Source of the DNA: Candidatus Poseidoniaceae archaeon
Lineage (GTDB): Archaea; Thermoplasmatota; Poseidoniia; Poseidoniales; Poseidoniaceae
DNA length: 14,054 bases
Direction: 5' to 3'
Assembly (NCBI GenBank): GCA_013329355.1
Contig: DUKK01000074.1
Span: forward strand, 1 to 14,054
Shown here: positions 8,597 to 13,790 of the stretch, in pieces
Layout: the number at the start of each line of letters is the position of its first letter
Numbering within the stretch: position 1 is the stretch's first letter
The notes under the pieces: model-generated
Told to the model about the DNA's origin: nothing
Database searches by the model: none
Seen by the model: the letters and a program-made list of their open reading frames with translations, nothing else
Program-made: the position numbers and the translations under genes

Positions 8597-9631
8597 ATGT
8601 CGGAAACGGTAAGATTTCGTGAGGTAGATTCAATTCGAGGGCTGGCTGTACTGTTAATGGTAATGGTTCATGCTGCTGCCACATGGAATCCCCATAACAC
8701 AACTCAGGATACTATGTTAGCATACCTAGTAGCTGGATTAGGCGGTCTAGCAGCCCCGCTATTCGTAACTATATTTGGCTGGGGCCTGATAAAATCGAAA
8801 TCAAGTATCAGGAGCAATTTTATCAAAGCGCTCATTCTGTTATTATTGCAATTAGTGGTTAATCTATTCTCTCCACATTTATTCCATCTATTGACTCCAG
8901 GAATACTATCACTATTCGCGTTGTTAATAATAATGAAACCGTTAATTGTTCAAATCACTAAGAATAACATCAGGACCGCATTATTTATCCTGAGTATGGC
9001 TCTAGTTTATGCCTTTTCGAATTCAATTTATTATATACAAGGTAGTAGTGATTGGAGCATTAGAGTTTCTGTTGGCGACCCATATACTCTAATTAGTCAC
9101 CTATTTTTTACTGGAACTTATCCACTATTCCCGTGGATAACGTTCGCAGTGGTTGGTGCATTCCTTGGAAGTTCCATTACGGAGGGGGGGAAAACACTTC
9201 CAAGGAATAACACCACCTTGTTACTGATAATTATAGGAATGTCCTATTGTCTTGTCTCGCTGATATTAGCCATTAAAGCGAGAGTTGTTTGGGCGCATCC
9301 TACTGAAGGATCCTACCTAAACTTCTTTCCTGCTAATATTGGCTTCATGATCGGCGCAGTGACAGGGGTGTTCATCTTCTGGTTAATTATTCAGGAGTCG
9401 CAGATGTTGTTGTTCGAATCTTGTGGTAGATTGTCCTTGACTATCTATGTCCTGCATTTTTTGCCGTTGACTTTACTTTCCAATATCGAAGATGAAGGAT
9501 ATTGGTCAGTGATGGAAGCGAGCCTGGCAGTAGTGCTATACACTACTGCCTGGCTCTTCTTCGCATTTGTCTGGAACAGGTTTCAATGGCTAACCATTGA
9601 ACGCCTGGTTCGCAGACTTTCTAGTGGGTAA
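8597..9631 (+). CDS. Polytopic membrane protein, DUF1624/HGSNAT-like (acyltransferase-3 superfamily) family, about 344 aa
   Basis: N-terminal RFREVDSIRGLAVLLMVMVH matches the R-x3-D-x2-RG...H signature of DUF1624/heparan-alpha-glucosaminide N-acetyltransferase-like proteins. About 9-10 hydrophobic helices. C-terminal NRFQWLTIERLVRR resembles the GPLEWLWR tail of YeiB/DUF418 relatives. First ATG is at 8597. An in-frame TTG at 8588 overlaps the purQ stop and is the alternative start. Confidence 0.55.
   Translation: MSETVRFREVDSIRGLAVLLMVMVHAAATWNPHNTTQDTMLAYLVAGLGGLAAPLFVTIFGWGLIKSKSSIRSNFIKALILLLLQLVVNLFSPHLFHLLTPGILSLFALLIIMKPLIVQITKNNIRTALFILSMALVYAFSNSIYYIQGSSDWSIRVSVGDPYTLISHLFFTGTYPLFPWITFAVVGAFLGSSITEGGKTLPRNNTTLLLIIIGMSYCLVSLILAIKARVVWAHPTEGSYLNFFPANIGFMIGAVTGVFIFWLIIQESQMLLFESCGRLSLTIYVLHFLPLTLLSNIEDEGYWSVMEASLAVVLYTTAWLFFAFVWNRFQWLTIERLVRRLSSG
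9521..9555. repeat. Inverted repeat / RNA hairpin: 15-bp stem (14/15 paired, 10 contiguous), 5-nt loop
   Basis: AGCCTGGCAGTAGTG-CTATA-CACTACTGCCTGGCT. It lies inside the 3' end of the membrane-protein CDS, 77 nt downstream of the opsin stop when read on the minus strand. Confidence 0.7.
9582..9601. repeat. Inverted repeat / RNA hairpin: 8-bp perfect stem, 4-nt loop
   Basis: TTCAATGG-CTAA-CCATTGAA, 31 nt downstream of the opsin stop on the minus strand. On its own this is statistically unremarkable. Confidence 0.4.
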
Positions 9632-10438
9632 TCACTCTTCAGATCCGGCTGCTTTGGTATCCATTGTAGCTGCATACCAAACCATCATACCGAAGGCAGT
9701 CTTGTTGACTACGTCAGCGATGTTGTAGAGGATGTTTAGCATCTCTATGTCGCCAGCGTCGCCGCCTTCGCCCATGATGAAACCGATTGGGTAGATTGCC
9801 CAACCAACGGTTAGGATGATTGCCATAGCCTTGAAAGCGAATTGTGTTCCTTCGCTTGCACCGCTAACATTCTCCTTTGCTTCACCAGCCCAAATCTCGT
9901 AGATGATGTAAATCCATGCAGCTACACCGATAGCGAACAATGGCCAGGTTAGGCCGTCGTCCATTTCTCCAGATTCTGCTAGGAAACCAGCAATTAGCAT
10001 GACTAGGGATGCTCCGAAGAGTCTCCAGAACAGTGCAGCAGTAGCAGCACCGATAGCAGCCAGAATTAGGTAGAATTCAGCAACTTGTAGTGGCACAGTA
10101 ATCAACCAGTCAATATATCGCATGACTAGCGGGGAAGTTTCGAAAGCTTCCCAGTGCTTCCTCATGTAGGTGTAGTGATACCATGCAACACCAGTAACTA
10201 GTGCAGCAACGGTCATTGATGTTCGCCACTTAGGCGCTACATTTTGGCGCTCCATCATGAAGAAAACGGTAGATGCTAGCATCATTGCAGTTGCAAGCCA
10301 GAAAGATACAGCGACCATATCGGTCTCATCCATGTATCCGTCTCCAGCTACGTTTGCACTAACGTTTCCTAATGCCAACAGGCCAAGGGTTCCGATCAAA
10401 AGCAGGCTCGATGTTCTCTTCAAATTTGATTTAAACAT
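9632..10438 (-). CDS. Proteorhodopsin-family microbial rhodopsin, predicted outward H+ pump, blue-tuned (268 aa from ATG 10438)
   Basis: Seven hydrophobic helices. Helix C RYIDWLITVPLQVAEF gives D110/T114/E121, equivalent to PR D97/T101/E108. H88 in VAWYHYTYM corresponds to PR H75. Helix F has GWAIYPIGF. Helix G NIADVVNKTAFG carries D242 and the Schiff-base K246 (codon 9701-9703). Q118 (codon 10085-10087) corresponds to PR position 105. N-terminus MFKSNLKRTSSLLLIGTLGLLALGNVSA looks like a signal peptide. The ORF-track start at 10540 adds 34 non-homologous aa and overlaps the upstream ABC gene. Confidence 0.9.
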   Translation of the reverse strand: MFKSNLKRTSSLLLIGTLGLLALGNVSANVAGDGYMDETDMVAVSFWLATAMMLASTVFFMMERQNVAPKWRTSMTVAALVTGVAWYHYTYMRKHWEAFETSPLVMRYIDWLITVPLQVAEFYLILAAIGAATAALFWRLFGASLVMLIAGFLAESGEMDDGLTWPLFAIGVAAWIYIIYEIWAGEAKENVSGASEGTQFAFKAMAIILTVGWAIYPIGFIMGEGGDAGDIEMLNILYNIADVVNKTAFGMMVWYAATMDTKAAGSEE

Positions 10439-10467
10439 TATTCTCAAGTCGCGGTTCTCTCGTTTAG

Positions 10468-10476
10468 TATATAAAA
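10468..10476 (-). promoter_or_regulatory. Archaeal-type TATA box (TTTTATATA on minus strand) for the opsin gene
   Basis: 29 nt separate the box from ATG 10438, which places a TSS expected ~23 nt downstream of the box only a few nt before the ATG. No Shine-Dalgarno motif lies in between. A second AT-rich element (AATATAAA, 10488-10495) lies 20 nt further upstream. Confidence 0.5.
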
Positions 10477-10512
10477 GAGTGTTAAGATTTATATTACATC
10501 CATGCGTTTTCG

Positions 10513-12288
10513 CTACTTTTGGCCCGTCTGCACCTTCCATAATCTGCTGTATATTCCACCATTGTTTACTAACTCATCATGATTGCCTTTTTCTACAATC
10601 GAACCGGCATCCATAACAAGAATCTCATCACAGTTTCTTATTGTTGATAATCTGTGGGCAATGATTACAGTAGTTCGGTCTCTTGATACATATTCAATCG
10701 ACCTTTGTAAAGAGGCCTCAGTCTCATTATCTACTGCCGAGGTTGCTTCGTCTAATATTAGCAATGGGGCGTCCTTCAGAACCGCTCGAGCTATTGCTAG
10801 GCGTTGTCTTTGACCGCCAGATAGGCGATATCCTCCTTCCCCAACCATGGTTTGCCATTGGTCAGGTAGTCCGATGACGAATTCAGCAATTTCAGCAATT
10901 TTTGCCGCCTCATATACCTCTTCATCCGTAGCATTTGGATTCCCGTAGCGTATATTTTCTAATATTGTAGTTGGAAATAGGGTTATGTGTTGCTCAACTA
11001 AGGCAATAGAGGTCCGCAGGTGTTTTAATGACCAATTATCGATTTTTTCTCCACACCAGTATATGTCACCTATGTTTGGCTGAGCAAATCGCAGTATTAG
11101 TCTGGTGAGTGTGGTTTTCCCCGCACCCGTGGAGCCTACGATACCAGTGGTTTTACCTGCTGCTATTGTCAATGATAAGTCGCTGAATGTTTCCTCTCTA
11201 CCGCGATAAGCGAAGGATACCGAGTCAAAAGTAATATCACTATTTTCAACCATATTTCGTTCAGGCACATAATCGCCCTCCTTGATTTCGATCTCGGATG
11301 TTAATACATCTAGGACGCGAGTTGATGATGCCATCGCTCGCTGGTATAAATCAAAAGTTTCACCTAATCTAGTCAGAGGCCAAAGTAATCTTTGAGTCAT
11401 AAAGACCAATACAGAATATGCACCTACGGCTAACGAGCCTTCAAGGGTATACCAGCCACCAAGCAGTAATGTTGCTGTAAAACCACACAGTATTGCCATT
11501 CTTATCAGTGGGGTAAACGCAGCCGACAAACGAATTGCTTTACGATTTGCTTCACGATAGCCGTCACTAAGCATCCTCACTCTGTCTACTTCTATTTCTT
11601 CAGAAGTGAATGACTGAATGGTAGACATGCCAGATAGGTCATTTTCTAGCAGAGCATTCATCTTACCAGCAGCATTACGCACTTCGGCATATTTTGGCTC
11701 AAGACTACGTTGATACTTGAACGAGCCCCACACAATTATCGGGATTGGGATTATCGCTAACATAGCAACTTGCCATGAGATGAACAGAAACACTGCGCCA
11801 ACCACAATAACTGTAGTGGATACCTGTAAAAGGTCATTTGCGCCCTTGTCGAGGAATCGTTCCAATTGGTTGATATCGTCATTTAAGATTGCTAGAATAT
11901 CTCCTTTTTGACGCTCATCAAACCACCCCATGCCTTGTTTTTGCACGTGATTAAAGGTGTCTAGACGTAACTCATGCTGCACGGTTTGAGCAAGGTTTCG
12001 CCACAAAACGCCGTAAAAGTACTCAAAAAGTGATTCTAAACCCCAAATGGCAAATGTAAGTATTGACAATAAAACCAGTTGATTCCACGGGTCGGCTATT
12101 CCTAAGCTTGCAAGAAACGAAGCGTCTCTTAACACCACCACATCAACCGCTAAACCGATTAGTAATGGTGGCGCAAGGTCCCAAACTTTGTTTGTTACAG
12201 AACATAATGAGGCTAGACGAATCGTCTTCCTATGGCCCTTCATGTGAGACAGAAGCCTTCTGAAAGGACCAACTTCGCTCATACACAT
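10513..12288 (-). CDS. Half-size ABC exporter, fused TMD-NBD (ABCB/MsbA-like type I exporter), 591 aa
   Basis: N-terminal six-helix TMD. Walker A GSTGAGKTT, signature LSGGQRQRLAIARA, Walker B LLILDEATSAVD, H-loop IIAHRLSTI. Starts at ATG 12288 (or the M3 ATG at 12282). Stop TAG 10513-10515. Confidence 0.9.
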   Translation of the reverse strand: MCMSEVGPFRRLLSHMKGHRKTIRLASLCSVTNKVWDLAPPLLIGLAVDVVVLRDASFLASLGIADPWNQLVLLSILTFAIWGLESLFEYFYGVLWRNLAQTVQHELRLDTFNHVQKQGMGWFDERQKGDILAILNDDINQLERFLDKGANDLLQVSTTVIVVGAVFLFISWQVAMLAIIPIPIIVWGSFKYQRSLEPKYAEVRNAAGKMNALLENDLSGMSTIQSFTSEEIEVDRVRMLSDGYREANRKAIRLSAAFTPLIRMAILCGFTATLLLGGWYTLEGSLAVGAYSVLVFMTQRLLWPLTRLGETFDLYQRAMASSTRVLDVLTSEIEIKEGDYVPERNMVENSDITFDSVSFAYRGREETFSDLSLTIAAGKTTGIVGSTGAGKTTLTRLILRFAQPNIGDIYWCGEKIDNWSLKHLRTSIALVEQHITLFPTTILENIRYGNPNATDEEVYEAAKIAEIAEFVIGLPDQWQTMVGEGGYRLSGGQRQRLAIARAVLKDAPLLILDEATSAVDNETEASLQRSIEYVSRDRTTVIIAHRLSTIRNCDEILVMDAGSIVEKGNHDELVNNGGIYSRLWKVQTGQK

Positions 12289-12333
12289 TCCACGCGGCTC
12301 TCATTGATAACTGTGTGATTAGCACCCTAAGCA

Positions 12334-12341
12334 GATATATC
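12334..12341. promoter_or_regulatory. Palindromic TATA-like element GATATATC in the divergent ABC/GGGPS intergenic region
   Basis: Exactly 45 nt separate it from ATG 12288 (minus) and from ATG 12387 (plus). It is the only alternating-TA, TATA-like motif in the 98-nt spacer. Confidence 0.3.
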
Positions 12342-12386
12342 TCCGCAACAAATATGCGTTGTAGGTTAAACCAACTGACGATTGGC

Positions 12387-13199
12387 ATGCGTCGTGATGA
12401 AGGTAGTGTTCTTTCTTACATCACAGATACGAAGGGGCGCGTCAGGCACATCACTCTAATAGATCCGGACAAACAATCACCGCAAACCGCATCAGATCGG
12501 GCATGTGTGGCGGTAGAAGCGGGTACCTCAATGATTTTTGTTGGAGGCTCTACTGATACACCTGATGAAATTGTCCATGCAACCTGTGTCGCAATACAAG
12601 AAGGGCTAGAATTGCGTGCTTTTGCTGCTAGCCAATCACCAGATGGTGACGAATTAAGATGGCAAATACCCGTAGTTCTATTCCCCGGAGGGTCCCATGC
12701 CCTATCTCCTGCAGCAGATGCTATAACATTCATGATGCTGATGAACTCTACCGACCGGCGCTTCTTAGTTGGCGAACAACTCAGGGGCGCCCCATATCTC
12801 GATAAGTTCGGCGTCGACGCGCTACCAACGGGATACTTGGTTTGTCATCCAGGAGGTAAAGTGGGCGAGGTTGGCAGTGCAGATTTACTGATGCCTAATG
12901 ATGTTGAGTTGGTAAAGGCATACTCATTAACCGCAGTAATGTTTGGTTTCAAACTACTTTATCTCGAAGCAGGCAGCGGTGCAGACAATCAGGTTAGTCC
13001 TGATTTGATTAAATCAGCCCGAACGACAGACGGCTTGACAATCATAGTCGGTGGTGGCATTAGAACTGCAGCCCAAGCGAAACTAGCTGTCGAGTCTGGT
13101 GCTGATTGGGTTGTTACCGGGACGCTGACAGAGGATGCAACGAATTTGAATGATTTGAAGAATAAGATTGCAGAAATATGCTCAGCATTAAGTGAATAA
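12387..13199 (+). CDS. Geranylgeranylglyceryl phosphate synthase (GGGPS, PcrB/GGGPS TIM-barrel family), about 270 aa
   Basis: Family motifs: HITLIDPDK, MIFVGGSTD, VVLFPGG, ADAITFMMLMNS, YLVCHPGGKVGEVG, LLYLEAGSGA, IIVGGGIRT, GADWVVTGT. From memory it resembles Thermoplasma-type GGGPS. The ORF is open from GTG 12315. ATG 12387 gives the family-typical ~20 aa before HITLIDP and lies downstream of the putative TATA. ATG 12354 is an alternative start. Confidence 0.8.
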   Translation: MRRDEGSVLSYITDTKGRVRHITLIDPDKQSPQTASDRACVAVEAGTSMIFVGGSTDTPDEIVHATCVAIQEGLELRAFAASQSPDGDELRWQIPVVLFPGGSHALSPAADAITFMMLMNSTDRRFLVGEQLRGAPYLDKFGVDALPTGYLVCHPGGKVGEVGSADLLMPNDVELVKAYSLTAVMFGFKLLYLEAGSGADNQVSPDLIKSARTTDGLTIIVGGGIRTAAQAKLAVESGADWVVTGTLTEDATNLNDLKNKIAEICSALSE

Positions 13200-13229
13200 T
13201 TTCTTTAGCGATTAAAATCACCTCACCTC

Positions 13230-13772
13230 ATGACGAGACTAGTTGCTGGCGCTAATGCGCCAGATATTATCCTACCAGCAGTAGACGGAAGCACATTCAA
13301 AATGGCAGATTATTTGGGCAAAAGAGTAATCTTGACATTTTTTAGATTCTCATCATGCCCCTTTTGCAACATTAGAATTAATCGGTTAGTAAAACGCTGG
13401 AATGAGTTTTCCACTGATACGGTCATGGTAGGGGTATTCGACGCAAAAATCGGCGAGCTTACCAAGCGGATGAAAAAGCACAATGCGCCATTCACAATTG
13501 TCGCTGATGAATCATATGAACACTTTGAGCGCAACTCGGTAGCCAAATCACTAGGCAGATTCCTTATCGGAGCCTTAAGATCGCCGTTAACCTTCATGCA
13601 GGCGACTCTCAAGGGCTATTTTCCTTTGACTCTGTCAATAGGTAAACTATCAATAATTCCGGTCGACATTCTGATTGACGAACAGGGCAAAGTAGTTAGA
13701 GCACATTACTGTAAAGATACGGTTGATCACATACCAATCGATGAGTTGATTGCGTTTTCTAAGGGTCAGTAA
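13230..13772 (+). CDS. Thioredoxin-fold AhpC/TSA-family protein, PRX_like2-type with CxxC (180 aa)
   Basis: APDIILPAVDGSTFKMADYLGKRVILTFFRFSSCPFCN is the typical AhpC/TSA N-terminal beta-strand plus active-site context, with CPFC in place of the peroxidatic-Cys motif. IPVDILIDEQGKVVRAHY is the typical C-terminal strand pair. Confidence 0.7.
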   Translation: MTRLVAGANAPDIILPAVDGSTFKMADYLGKRVILTFFRFSSCPFCNIRINRLVKRWNEFSTDTVMVGVFDAKIGELTKRMKKHNAPFTIVADESYEHFERNSVAKSLGRFLIGALRSPLTFMQATLKGYFPLTLSIGKLSIIPVDILIDEQGKVVRAHYCKDTVDHIPIDELIAFSKGQ

Positions 13773-13790
13773 TATCACCTTTAGGGAGCA

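Noticed and set aside
8597-9631. Could the membrane protein next to the opsin be the Blh/Brp beta-carotene cleaving enzyme that supplies retinal?
   Set aside because: The N-terminal R-x3-D-x2-RG...H and the C-terminal WL-x-ER tail fit DUF1624/YeiB-like acyltransferase-superfamily proteins. I see no Blh-like pattern of conserved intramembrane histidines. It is also co-transcribed with purQ rather than with the opsin.
9632-10438. GC-content anomaly of the opsin as evidence for recent horizontal transfer
   Set aside because: Hand counts of five 60-nt windows in the opsin give 47-53% GC, about the same as a purL window (52%). Only the DUF1624 gene and parts of the ABC gene are lower. There is no clear compositional signal, and proper GC3 or tetranucleotide statistics are needed.
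10439-10540. 34-aa N-terminal extension of the opsin ORF (start at 10540) as given in the ORF track
   Set aside because: It overlaps the 3' end of the ABC gene in another frame. It has no resemblance to PR N-termini, contains the TATA-like elements, and precedes a canonical signal-peptide start at ATG 10438.
10257-10616. 119-aa plus-strand ORF antisense to the opsin/ABC junction. Similar antisense ORFs lie at 7182-7607, 791-1027, 3619-3903, 5282-5575, 12416-12733 and 13310-13612, among others.
   Set aside because: All lie entirely antisense to, or in alternative frames of, strongly supported genes. They have low-complexity or odd composition and no recognisable motifs, so they are shadow ORFs.
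13218-13230. (TCACC)x2 tract immediately upstream of the Prx-like ATG. It resembles the 16S 3' end (anti-SD sense), and on the minus strand it reads as a double SD (GAGGTGAGGTGA).
   Set aside because: There is no minus-strand start codon at a usable distance; the nearest ATG is about 30 nt away and opens only a 26-codon ORF inside the GGGPS 3' end. On the plus strand it cannot act as an SD, so I treat it as a chance pyrimidine tract.
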